From assembly GCA_964448725.1 (NCBI GenBank), contig CAYVAJ010000001.1, positions 71,525 to 135,524 on the forward strand: DNA of 64,000 bases, in the 5' to 3' direction. The notes under the pieces are model-generated. The model was not told where the DNA came from. It worked only from the letters and a program-made list of their open reading frames with translations, and ran no database searches. Both the position numbers and the translations under genes were made by a program. This DNA is from an uncultured Gammaproteobacteria bacterium (GTDB lineage Bacteria; Patescibacteriota; Microgenomatia; Levybacterales; GWA1-39-11). Shown in pieces: positions 1 to 10,900 of the stretch; the first letter of the stretch is position 1; each line of letters begins with the position of its first letter.

Positions 1-1091
1 TACCGGCATATTCTCCACAACAAGAAAGTGATGGGCTTAAAAGGTTATCCCTACTACTAAGCTACATTTATCACCCTAAATGTATTTTTTTATCAATAGA
101 TGAACCTGAACTATTTTTACACCCCGATATGGCATCATTCCTACTTCAAGAAGTACACGAAGAAGTCAAATTTGGAAAACAGTTTGCTTTTGCTACCCAT
201 AGTCCAGAGATGATACAAATTGGAAGTGGTAACCTTTATTCCTATCTCTATTTCAATCTCCAAGACACCTTGGCCAAAACCCATATAGTTCAAGCTAGTA
301 GGGTTGGTGCAAACGAAATTATCGAAGAGTTGGGTTATTTACTGGATGTAAATCGACGAGCATTCCTATTTGCTCCAATTACACTGTTTGTCGAAGGTTT
401 GGCAGACGAAGTTGTGTATAACGAACTAAAACACCTTCGTAAAGTCGAGTGGAATAGGCGAATTTTCATGGTAAATACTGGCGGTGCAAGCTCAATGTTC
501 AACTTTTGGAGTTTATGGAAAAAATTTGACAAAGAAAGCCGAGTTTTATTGGATTTACCCAAACAGATGGACGAAAACGATTCAGTATTTAATGTTATTA
601 ACCAGTTTTGTGATGCTTTGGGTATAGACAAGTCATTACCATTTGATCAGAAGAAACTAAGATTAGGAGAACACCAAGTGTTCGTTGCTCCCTATACGGA
701 CGTATTAAATTTTAAGGATAAAACCATTGAATTCAAAGATGTTCATGGTGCGATGGCTAGTGGGAATCTTGATGTGACAGATCACACAAATACATTAAAT
801 TTAGCAATCGCTGTGCCATCTACCGGAAGAAAACAAGTCCGAAAAGAGGAAGAGGAATGGTTAAAAAGTATTATTCAGGAAGTAGTGGCGGAAGCTACAG
901 GCGTATCGGATAAATCTAAGGCCTTGGGAAATGTCGTTGAAAAGTTAAAAGAACAACATCCAAATTTACATATAGAACTATCCCAAGCATCTGGAGAAAT
1001 AATGAAGATACGATTCGAAGTAAGTAGGGATCGAACATTATTTATAGATATATCAGAGAAAACTCTTGATTCAAAGTATGGTGCTATATAA
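1..1091 (+). CDS. OLD-family / GajA-like ATP-dependent endonuclease (ABC-type ATPase + Toprim), 5' partial
   Basis: Reading frame is open to base 3 upstream of the listed Met. The translated upstream part gives ...LSIDEPELFLHPDM (ABC/AAA_21 Walker B/D-loop), followed by FAFATHSPEMI (ATHSP H-loop-like) and a C-terminal LFVEGLADEVV Toprim-like glutamate motif. Confidence 0.5.
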   Translation, partial: PAYSPQQESDGLKRLSLLLSYIYHPKCIFLSIDEPELFLHPDMASFLLQEVHEEVKFGKQFAFATHSPEMIQIGSGNLYSYLYFNLQDTLAKTHIVQASRVGANEIIEELGYLLDVNRRAFLFAPITLFVEGLADEVVYNELKHLRKVEWNRRIFMVNTGGASSMFNFWSLWKKFDKESRVLLDLPKQMDENDSVFNVINQFCDALGIDKSLPFDQKKLRLGEHQVFVAPYTDVLNFKDKTIEFKDVHGAMASGNLDVTDHTNTLNLAIAVPSTGRKQVRKEEEEWLKSIIQEVVAEATGVSDKSKALGNVVEKLKEQHPNLHIELSQASGEIMKIRFEVSRDRTLFIDISEKTLDSKYGAI

Positions 1092-1104
1092 TAACAAATA
1101 AATT

Positions 1105-1251
1105 ATGAAACGAATTGTTGTTGCAACTAATCTAGACAATGCCACACCAGAAGAGTGGGAAAGATTTATGAAGAATCTAGTGGATGCACACAGAATTCTA
1201 TATAGAACCGTATTAGAACGGGAAGCTAAAAAAATCCTCAAGTTGAAATAG
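1105..1251 (+). CDS. small hypothetical ORF (48 aa) immediately downstream of the OLD-like gene
   Basis: ATG at 1105 to TAG at 1249-1251, translated by hand; no similarity recognised. Confidence 0.15.
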   Translation: MKRIVVATNLDNATPEEWERFMKNLVDAHRILYRTVLEREAKKILKLK

Positions 1252-1378
1252 CAATAGTGGGACGTACTTTGTCCATCTCTTCCCGTAATTGACTAATGAA
1301 CCTAAAATCCTCAAAAATCTTGAATATGCGCACGAATTGGGTGGTTATATTAACATCACGATCCTCGAGCATGAAAAA

Positions 1379-1401
1379 GCCACCATAGAGGTGGTTTTTT
1401 T
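1379..1401. terminator. intrinsic terminator hairpin (possibly bidirectional)
   Basis: aaaaaGCCACCatagaGGTGGttttttt: 5-6 bp GC stem, 5-nt loop, A-run on the left and T-run on the right. Confidence 0.45.
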
Positions 1402-1544
1402 ATGTTCTGACAGAGAATGATTTGCCTCGAATCTAGGAGCGAAGCGGGTATCCTCGAAAGAGGACTAGTCGCGGAGCACCATCTATTTAGCCTCTTTTTT
1501 GTTATACCTAAATTGGACTGACAAACCTTTGATATAATTATCCA

Positions 1545-1982
1545 ATGAAGATAGATCCAAAGGCTCCATTAATTGCGAGAAAGAGTGAACTCATTAAGGC
1601 TCCTATAGATCATGTTTGGCAAATTCAATCTGACATAAATAATTGGCCCAAGTGGCAAAAAGAAGTCTCCCACGCAAAGCTTCAAGGAAAATTAGAAAAA
1701 GGCACAGTTTTTACTTGGAAAGCAATGGGAATGAATATCTACTCAGAATTACAAGAAGTCATTGAAAATAAAATAATTGGATGGTCAGGAAAATCGTTTG
1801 GAATGAATGCCGTTCATATTTGGACATTTATCAAAGAGGGTAACAACACAAGAGTTACAACAGAAGAATCATTATCTGGTTGGTTTCCAACTCTAATTAA
1901 AATCTTCAAGCCAAACTTTCTCGACAAATCTCTTGCAAATGCGCTAAATACTTTAAAAACCTATTCAGAAGCAACAAAATAA
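1545..1982 (+). CDS. SRPBCC (START/Bet v1/polyketide-cyclase-like) family protein
   Basis: 145 aa; pattern IKAPIDHVWQIQSDINNWPKWQ typical of the SRPBCC N-terminus. Confidence 0.55.
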   Translation: MKIDPKAPLIARKSELIKAPIDHVWQIQSDINNWPKWQKEVSHAKLQGKLEKGTVFTWKAMGMNIYSELQEVIENKIIGWSGKSFGMNAVHIWTFIKEGNNTRVTTEESLSGWFPTLIKIFKPNFLDKSLANALNTLKTYSEATK

Positions 1983-2007
1983 ACTTTAGACATTTTTATC
2001 AAAAAGT

Positions 2008-2400
2008 ATGAAGAAGTACAAGACACTTGAAGAATTCTTTGCAGATCAGGATCCGAACAAGCTTGAGCAAGTAATGCTCGTCAGGGAAATAATACTTACA
2101 GCAGAGCCAAATCTGCATGAAAATCTTAAGTGGAATGCCCCCAACTACGTTTACAATGGAGAAGACAGAATCACTCTCAATCTTCTGAATAAGGATAAGA
2201 AAGTAAAATTACTTGTTCATATGGGGGCAAAGATCAAAGAAGATAAAGCAGCTAGCCCACTATTGCAACAGGATTCAGGTATTGTTGAGTGGCAATCTGA
2301 TATAAGAGGAGTTGTCAATTTTAAAGATATGAATGATATAGAGTCTAAGAGAGAAGCTCTAACAAACCTTATTAGAGCTTGGCTTTTACTTAAGGTATGA
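2008..2400 (+). CDS. DUF1801 (YdhG-like) domain protein
   Basis: 130 aa; LEEFFADQDPNKLEQVMLVREIILTAEPNLHENLKWNAPNYVYNG matches the DUF1801 signature. A paralog lies at 2819..3202. Confidence 0.5.
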   Translation: MKKYKTLEEFFADQDPNKLEQVMLVREIILTAEPNLHENLKWNAPNYVYNGEDRITLNLLNKDKKVKLLVHMGAKIKEDKAASPLLQQDSGIVEWQSDIRGVVNFKDMNDIESKREALTNLIRAWLLLKV

Positions 2401-2518
2401 CCCCAAGATTTATAATAGAAATAATGAATCAAAAAAAATTATTTACATATACCATTAAACTGTAAATAACAAGAGAGGAAAGGTAATGTCATGCCCAGCA
2501 TTCCAATACCCAAAATAA

Positions 2519-2692
2519 CTACATATATTCCATTAATAACTGCTTTTTTTCTTCATAGTAATTAATCCCTCCACCAATATTTGGAACACCTATTTTCCTT
2601 CTACGTATCCCATTTACTCCCCAATATAAAAATACTATACCTATACTAGCTATTAGTATATTTCCCAAAGGCTCGTGAATTAATTCATCCAT
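2519..2692 (-). CDS. small hypothetical membrane protein (57 aa)
   Basis: Hand translation MDELIHEPLGNILIASIGIVFLYWGVNGIRRRKIG...; one hydrophobic helix; below the ORF-track size cutoff. Confidence 0.2.
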   Translation of the reverse strand: MDELIHEPLGNILIASIGIVFLYWGVNGIRRRKIGVPNIGGGINYYEEKKQLLMEYM

Positions 2693-2818
2693 ACATAGAT
2701 ATTATCATTTATATAGATCACGTAAGTCGTATTTAGATACAAAGATTCAAGGTTTTAAAATCAGTAAGAGTTCCTAGCATTTTCTATTAGAAGAAACACC
2801 TTATGTTAAAATAACTTA

Positions 2819-3202
2819 ATGGCAAATAAAAATATTTCCAGTGAGACAACATATAAACTACCTGATGATTGGCGCGGAAAGGTAATGTCAAACATTCGAA
2901 GCCTTATTAAGCAAGCAGATCCAGAGGTAATAGAGGATGTGAAGTGGAAAACACCTTCAAACCCAAATGGAGTTCTCGTTTGGTACCACGATGGAATGAT
3001 TTTAACCGGTGAAGTCTATAAAAAACATCTAAGGTTATCTTTCGCTAAGGGGCCAACTCTTAAAAACAATGATCCCAAAAATCTCATTAACTCATTTCGC
3101 GCTATTATTATTCATGAAGAAGATGCGCTTGATGAGAATGCTTTTAAAGATCTCATCCGTGCTGCAGTAGCGCTTAATCAAAAAGGCAAAAAGACATCAT
3201 AA
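2819..3202 (+). CDS. DUF1801 (YdhG-like) domain protein, paralog
   Basis: 127 aa; VIEDVKWKTPSNPNGVLVWYHDGMIL pattern as in 2008..2400. Confidence 0.5.
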   Translation: MANKNISSETTYKLPDDWRGKVMSNIRSLIKQADPEVIEDVKWKTPSNPNGVLVWYHDGMILTGEVYKKHLRLSFAKGPTLKNNDPKNLINSFRAIIIHEEDALDENAFKDLIRAAVALNQKGKKTS

Positions 3203-3372
3203 CAAAACCTCATGTCTATACCACTGGTGAGCTTCTCAAGTGTTTATCCCTGAAACCGAGTGTTTTAAATGACAAATACTGCCGTATTTATGACAGATAT
3301 CTCATAAAAATTTTACAGAACTCCTGTACTGTAGTGTATACAAAAATATATGTGAGGAGGTGAAAGATATTT

Positions 3373-3642
3373 ATGAGTATAATTTTATGGATTGTTTTTG
3401 GAGCCATAGCAGGATTTATTGCGGATTTTCTTGATAGATCAGTATCGCTCAGTTGGATTGAAAGAATCGTTGTGGGCATAGTTGGAGCCTTCGTTGGTGG
3501 AATAATTGCCACTTTACTTACAACAGGAGAACTTAGCCTCACTGCGTCAGCAGATTTTAATATTATTTCTCTAATCATTGCGGTGCTTGGTGCACTTCTG
3601 GCATTATTTGCTTGGAAGAAACTCAAACCACAGAACGTATAA
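3373..3642 (+). CDS. GlsB/YeaQ/YmgE family transglycosylase-associated membrane protein
   Basis: 89 aa; WIVFGAIAGFIADFL...IVGAFVGG; strong SD GAGGAGGTGA 8 nt upstream. Confidence 0.8.
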   Translation: MSIILWIVFGAIAGFIADFLDRSVSLSWIERIVVGIVGAFVGGIIATLLTTGELSLTASADFNIISLIIAVLGALLALFAWKKLKPQNV

Positions 3643-3658
3643 AAAATGTTTTTTAATA

Positions 3659-3695
3659 AAATACGCTGTCCTATACGTAGACAGCGTATTTTACT
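3659..3695 (+). terminator. rho-independent terminator of the glsB-like gene
   Basis: ATACGCTGTCctatacgtaGACAGCGTATttttact: perfect 10-bp stem followed by a T-run. Confidence 0.55.
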
Positions 3696-3700
3696 ACCTC

Positions 3701-3731
3701 TTGACCTTCACGTAACGTAATAGTTTATACT
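3701..3731 (+). promoter_or_regulatory. MerR-type promoter (19-bp spacer), leaderless
   Basis: TTGACC (3701-3706), then a 19-nt spacer ttcacgtaacgtaatagtt, then TATACT (3726-3731); ATG at 3738, i.e. 7 nt after the -10. Confidence 0.45.
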
Positions 3732-3737
3732 TGATTT

Positions 3738-4505
3738 ATGGACTATACTGTTAAACAATTGGCAAAACTAGCAGGAATCAGTGTGCGTACACTACATTAC
3801 TATGATGAAATAGGTCTGCTTAAACCTTCATTTATTAAAGAAAATGGTTATAGATATTATCAAGAAAAAGAATTAACAACTTTACAACAAATTCTTTTTT
3901 TTAGAGAATTAGACTTCTCGCTAGAAAAAATAAAGCAAGTGATGTTTTCTCCTCAGTTTGATCATATAGCAGCCTTAGAAGATCAAAAAAAACTTTTAGA
4001 GCTTAAAAAACAAAGGGTGAATAAAATGATCAAAACAATCACTAAGACAATTGATTCTTTAAAAGGAGGTGAACATATGAGTAATAATGATAAATATTCA
4101 GTATTTTCTGATCCTACTTACCAAAAATATAAAGATGAAGTAGAGCAACGGTGGGGGAATACTGATGCATACAAACAATCAATGGAGCGTGTCAGTAAAA
4201 TGAGCAGAGAAAGACTAGAAGAGATAAAGAAAGAAGCAGGTGAAATTACAGACTCAATAGCTCATCTCATGAAGAATGATTACCCTATAGATAGTCAGGA
4301 AGTACAAACACAAATAGGCCTTTTCTACCAGTATCTTCATCATTTCTATGACCCTAATTATGAAATGTTTAAAAACCTGGGAAAGATGTATGTTGATGAT
4401 CCGCGTTTCACCGAAACATATGAAAATATAGCATCTGGGCTTGCTTACTTTATGAGAGATGCTATGGCTTATTATAGTGATGTACATGAAAAGAAACGTA
4501 TGTAG
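3738..4505 (+). CDS. MerR-family transcriptional regulator with TipAS/Mta-like C-terminal effector domain
   Basis: N-terminal MerR HTH (QLAKLAGISVRTLHYYDEIGLL), a coiled coil, and C-terminal TipAS-like motifs (YEMFKNLGKMYVDDPRFTETYE). Confidence 0.8.
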   Translation: MDYTVKQLAKLAGISVRTLHYYDEIGLLKPSFIKENGYRYYQEKELTTLQQILFFRELDFSLEKIKQVMFSPQFDHIAALEDQKKLLELKKQRVNKMIKTITKTIDSLKGGEHMSNNDKYSVFSDPTYQKYKDEVEQRWGNTDAYKQSMERVSKMSRERLEEIKKEAGEITDSIAHLMKNDYPIDSQEVQTQIGLFYQYLHHFYDPNYEMFKNLGKMYVDDPRFTETYENIASGLAYFMRDAMAYYSDVHEKKRM

Positions 4506-4963
4506 TCAACCATTAGAATTTTAAAATTACTTTTGGTTGATATCTTTAATTGTTCTTTTCTTTGCGACAATAATAGATATATATTAGTAGTATTAGTAGG
4601 GGATGTTGATAAGTGGAATAAAGCACGTGCATGTGCCTGAAAATATGGGGATAAGTAGTGTAAAACATTGTGTATTGTTTGTTGAAAAAAAAATTAAAAT
4701 AATTAAATGATGATAACTTGAAATCTATACACGTATTGAGAACAAAAGATCCCCATAAATTTTATGCGTGTATTCCACATGATTTCCACAAAATAAAATA
4801 ATAAAATCAGAAAACGAAAATTAGCTATAGGTTGTTTAACTACTTGAAGAGTATGTCCTTTTACAAATATTAATTTTATAGAAAAATCTACTTTTTTAAT
4901 ATAGTTTTGTCTATAGATTTGTTGTACTATAGAATTATATTCTATCTTAATTATTTATAAAAA

Positions 4964-7900
4964 GTGCAAAGAAACAAAAAAAACACCAGGATACGAAATG
5001 GTCGTTCTTCTTTAGGACAAGATAGAAATTATTGGGATTATCTTGAGAAGCAAGGAAAACGCTTCCGTGTAGCGTTTTCTTTATCAGCTTTAGGTATTAT
5101 TTTATTTATAGCTCTTGCTATCACTCTTCCTTTTGAAGACAAATTATATAATTTTCTTTTTCCTAAAGCACCAACTCAAGCAGCAGTACCAACGGTTATT
5201 CAATCCTCAACAGCAAATAACGGAGATGCTGCGTCTTCTATTTCTGCAGCCTGGTCAGCCCCTACTACCAATGGGAATTTCCTCATAGCTGTGCTTTCAG
5301 CAAATGGAGCTACTGCTTCCACATCTGCCATTGCTCCAGACGGATGGACAGTGGTGTCAGAACAATCTAGTTCAAGCGGATTGAAGCAATGGGTATACTA
5401 CTATAATAATGCTCCCCAACAGACAGAACCAGTTTCATTTACTATTGAACCAGCGGTAAAATCTGCACTGGTATTAGCAGAATATAAAGATGTTGAATTG
5501 GCAAATCCCATAGAAAATCATAGTAATTCCATGGGGGATGATACGAATCCCACACATACTTTTACTCCTACTAGCACAGATCGTCTTCTCATTGGCGCAA
5601 TTAGCACAGCAACTGGAGCAACAGTAGACACATCAAATGCAGGATTTTCTCTCATTGCACAAACAGCTACAAGTACTGGAGAAGACTTATCAAATGCGGG
5701 CGCATCACTTCTTTTTACTCATTCGACTACTACAGAACCTGTTACTAATAATGTGGAATTAAGTACAGCTGCTCCATGGATTAATACTGTCATCGCTGTG
5801 AAAGCAGTACAAACAGCACCTACACCAACCTTAGTCCCTGGTGATTTAACAATTGCAGGGTTTACTTTGATGAATGCAGATACTGGAGAAGAAATTGGTG
5901 CTTTAATAAATAACCAAACACTTGATCTTGCTACTCTTCCAACACGCAATCTCAGTGTGGTTATAAATACCTCACCATCTCCAGTTGGTAGTGTACAAAT
6001 TGGTTATGATGAGGACAGTTCATATAGATCTGAAAGCGGATTACCATACTCGTTCAATGGAGAAACAGACTCTCATTTTAATCCATGGACCCCCTCAATC
6101 GGATCACACACCATTACTGCTACTCCCTACAGCGGAAAAAGTTTATCTGGTACACCAGGTACTCCAAGCAGTGTAACCTTTACGGTAATTGATTCATCTG
6201 TAACGCAGACAGAACTTCTTGCATTTCCTGGTGCTGAAGGTTTTGGGCGTTTCGCAGTGGGTGGACGTGGAGGACAAGTAATTAAAGTTACTAATTTAAA
6301 TGATTCAGGACCGGGGAGTTTTCGAGCTGCTGTTGATACAACAGGTCCTCGTATTGTGGTTTTTGAAGTGGGAGGAACAATAAATTTAACAAGCGATAAT
6401 ATTGATATTAAAAATCCTTATATTACGATTGCTGGTCAAACTGCACCTGGTGGGGGAATACAAATAAAAAATGGAATGGTAGCAGTCTCAACCCATAATG
6501 TTATTATAAGAGGGTTACGTATAAGAGTAGGAGATCAAGCAGGTCCGCCGCTTGAGTCTCGTGATGGAATTAAAGCATCAATAACAGGAGCAACAACAGA
6601 TGTAACCGATGTTATTTTTGATCATAATTCTATCTCCTGGGCTGTTGATGAAAGTGCTTCAACGTATCAAGGAGGCTCTGCACTTAAACTTTCTGATATT
6701 ACTTTTCAGTGGAATGTTTTCTCTGAGACTTTGCAGTACAGCAATCATCCGGATATTACTGGAGGAGGGCACCACAGTATGGGACCACTCATTGCTAATG
6801 AATCTAAAAACATATCATTTCATCATAATCTCATGGCTCATAACAGAGACCGAAATCCGTATATTCAAGGGGGCGTTACTGCAGAAATAATAAATAACGT
6901 AACGTACAATTACAGCTGTGGAGGAGCAATAAAAATTGGGAAGAATGTATCAAACAACCCATCTTTTGTAAATGTTATTGGAAACTATATAAAAAGAGGT
7001 CCTGTAGGAGTGGGTGCACAAACGTGTAAAGGAATTCGGGTGGAAACAGGAAATGTTGCGGGAACAAAAGTATATGTAAAAAGCAATATTGGTTATGGAA
7101 GACTAACTGATAGTGGGGATGACTGGCTCGCAGTCGAGAGTGATACCGAAGGAATCTTTCGGTCACTTACCCCAGCTATCACAGGAACAGGAATTACTAC
7201 ACATTCTCCCACTGAGGCATATGATTTAGTTTTAGAAAATGCAGGAGCAGTAGCTCCTGCTAGAGATTCTGTTGATGCAAGAGTTGTTAATGATGTAAAA
7301 AATACAACAGGAACATTTGTTGATTCACCAACTGATGTCGGAGGATGGCCCTCTCTTGCTAGTGGAACAGCACCAGTAGATAATGATGATGATGGTATAC
7401 CTGATACATGGGAAACGTCTAACGGCCTAAATCCTGCAAATGTTGCTGATGCTAATTCCACTGCTCCATCTGGATACACCTGGATTGAGGAATATATTAA
7501 CTCACTTATAGTGATAGCTCCTGCAGAAGAATCCACCCCAACTCCAACTGTTACTCCTACTCCTTCAGTAACGCAAACGCCTTACTTAGGAGAAACGATA
7601 GCAATTCCTGGACGATTTGAAGCTGAAAACTATGATAAAGGAGGACAAGGTGTTTCATATTCTGATACAGAGACAGCAAATCGTGGAGGTGAATATCGCA
7701 CGACAGAAGGAGTGGATATTGAGACCACTACGGATGTTGGAGGTGGTTATGCAGTTGGATATATTAGAGCTGGTGAATGGATGGAATATACAGTAAATAT
7801 TGCAAAAGCAGGTAAATATAACATAGACACTCGTGTTGCATCTAATGGACAAGGAGGAACATTTCATATAGAAATAGATGGGGCAGATGTAACAGGCCCT

Positions 7901-10900
7901 ATTACTATTCCTACGACTGGTGGTTGGCAAAACTGGATCACTCTTTCTACTGAGGAAATAGATCTTCCTTCTGGCACTCATATACTGCGGATAGCTATGG
8001 ATTCAGTAGGGACAAATGGTGGAGTTGGTAATATAAATTATCTGGAGATATCACCGTATCAGGCTCCATATAATGAAACTCCAGTCTCAATTCCAGGAAC
8101 TATACAGATGGAAGATTATGACCTCGGTGGAGAAGAAGTTGCCTATTTAGATACTGCATCAGATAATCCTTCAAATCGTGGTCGTCAGTATCGCACGACA
8201 GAAGGAGTGGATATTGAGACCACTACGGATGTTGGAGGTGGTTATGCAGTTGGGTATACAAAAGCAGGAGAATGGCTTGAGTATACAGTAAATGTGACAC
8301 AGTCAGCAACATATATAGTAAAGACACGCATAGCTTCTCAAGGAGAAGGAGGAATTTTCCATTTAGAAGTGGATGGTGTTGACATCTCAGGTCCATTACA
8401 GGTGCCAAGTACTGGAGGTTGGCAAAACTGGGAAGATATTACCATTACTGATGTGTCTATTAGCGAAGGGAAGCATGTAATCCGTGTAGTTATGGATTCT
8501 CAAAATTCTTCAGGTAATGTGGGAAATTTTAATTATCTCTCTTTTTCTACAGATGCAGGAGAGATAACTCCAACTGTGATTCCCACGTATACCTTGTCAG
8601 GTACTGTGTATGTGGACACAAATAGTAATGGAGTTAAAGATCTGGATGAGGACGGTAGCAGTGGAGTAACAGTAAGCATAGATACGGGGCAGAGTGTAAC
8701 AACAGATACTGAGGGAGAATATTTGTTTTCTGATCTTGTGGCAGGAACGTATACGGTTACCGTTACGGTGCCTGAGGGGTATAGTGTAACGACTACTAAT
8801 CCAACAACAGTAGCTGTGAGTACCAATACAAGCCAACATTTTGGGATTGTAATTCTAGCTCCGCCGACCGCAACTCCAGTGCCTACCGTTACTTCTACTC
8901 CGGTTCCGCCCACAGCTACTCCAACACCTACGCCAAACACACCCATTTACTATACCTTGTCAGGAACTGTGTATGTGGACACAAATAGTAATGGAGTTAA
9001 AGATCTTGACGAAGATGGACTGAATGGGGTGACTGTTAGTACAGATGGTGGGCACAGCACGACAACAAATAGTGAAGGAGTATATACAATTTCAGATTTA
9101 GCTGTAGGGACGTATAGTGTGACTGTTACGCCACCTGAAGGATATACAACTACTACTACCAATCCTGCTTCGATTGCTTTAAGTGATGATACAACTCAAC
9201 ATTTTGGTATTGCAAGCTTAGCAACTCCACTAGCAACAATTGTTGCTACAGTAAATGGAGACGATTGGCATTTGCCCAGTGATGTCCCAACGAGTAAGAC
9301 TTCTGGTGTGTATGGCTATAATAATAATGCATTGGTAACTGATAAAGCACCACAATACACCTGGGCACAGTTACATAGTGGTGGCTCAATAAATAATCCA
9401 ACTTTGACTACTTCAGGATTACATAATGAAGTTAAGACCCGTCGTACGGTATTAAGGATGAATAATAATGCAGAAGATGAAATTCCACTTCATGTCAGAC
9501 AACGCAATAACTGGCAATCGTATGTTATGAGAAACAATATCAGAGTTTATCCACTCTGGCAGGATAATTGGTTAACAGAATATAAGGCATTTTTAGACAA
9601 ATTACTGAATGAAACAGTAGCAGGAACACAATATAAGCTAAAAGATCATCCAAATTTTGTGGGAATTCAAATACAGATGAGTGGAAGTGGGAAGGGAGAA
9701 CCGTTTTATAGTGGGGGAGATTTGGAGAAAGAAGAAGCGATGGGACTTACCCCAACAAAATGGGAAAATTTCCTTTGGGAGTACAATCATGCATATCTTG
9801 ATTACCTTGGATCAGGTAATGAATGGAAGGCTTTTACTGTTGCTAAACCCAATTTTATAGGCAATTATAATGGAAGCTTTACCAAAGCGCAGTATGCTGA
9901 GGCGGTTAGATATGGGACTATTCTTTCAAGAACCTCAGCGCTTTCTCCTGGTGAACGGGGGATGGGGGTTCGTGTTGCAGGAGACTATGAAGGTTATCGA
10001 GGTTCTCCTTCGTGGGAAGAAATGGCAACAATTCCTGCAAATGGTATTATGCAAATACATGACTTTGGTCAATTTGCTTTTCCTCCTTTTGAACAAGAAA
10101 GTCATATCGATAATCAGATAGAAAATTGGTATGGTGGCAATAATAATACTCAGGGGCTTTCAAATACAGATCCTAACGATCAGAAGAAAATTGCTAATGG
10201 TATTCGTCATTCAATTATCCGTCTTCTAACAGAACGTCATACATTCACTTGGCTTGACGGTGAAGACGCTGATTTTATAGAAGACAGATATCCAGGAATC
10301 GTGACATATATGAAAAAATCATTCGGGAAGCTTGCAAATACCAGTCCTGACGCATGGGTGTATCTCGGAAAGTTAGGATCAATCACTGCGATGCCTCGTT
10401 GGATTACTCCGTTGTCTGTTGCCAATCCTGATGGAGGTGTGGCTTTTGATATGGGGAATAATCAATTTGCGAATGGAGTAGAAAGGCATGGATGGGCAAT
10501 CCCTTCAGCACTCAAATTTGATATTGATGATAGATTTATCATTCCTGGATCAAGTAATACAGTAGAGGCAGTAGTTACCTATTATGATAACAATAGCAAA
10601 TGGCATCTTGATTATGACTCAACCGCTGGAAATTTGTCTGCGCCTATCATTCAAGGTGCTGGCTCAAATCAGTGGAAATCAGTTACTATTAAGCTTGCTG
10701 GAGCAGATTTTGATGGAGGTATCTCTGGTGGAGATGTGCAAATCATAGCAGATAATGGTACTCCTATTATCGAGATGCTCAGGATTATTAAAACATCTAC
10801 TCCTTTACTTACCCCTACGCCTACAGAGGTTATTCAACATACTACCACTCCGACACCCACGGCAACATTGACTCCAACAGCTACTCCTTCACCAACAGAG

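Noticed and set aside
3280-3330. LexA-box-like CTGT...ACAG strings upstream of glsB (tacagaactcctgtactgtagtgtataca)
   Set aside because: Spacing and half-sites do not fit the CTGT-N8-ACAG or GAAC-N4-GTTC consensus.
3288-3626. 112-aa minus-strand ORF overlapping the glsB-like gene
   Set aside because: Shadow of a well-supported plus-strand membrane-protein gene that has a strong SD and a terminator.
5719-9162. Antisense ORFs inside the giant gene (5719..5949, 7093..7536, 8533..8946, 8597..8839, 8950..9162 and others)
   Set aside because: They lie opposite P/T-rich and repeat-module codons. The G/V-rich low-complexity translations are typical shadow ORFs, and the sense frame is continuous for 9.9 kb.
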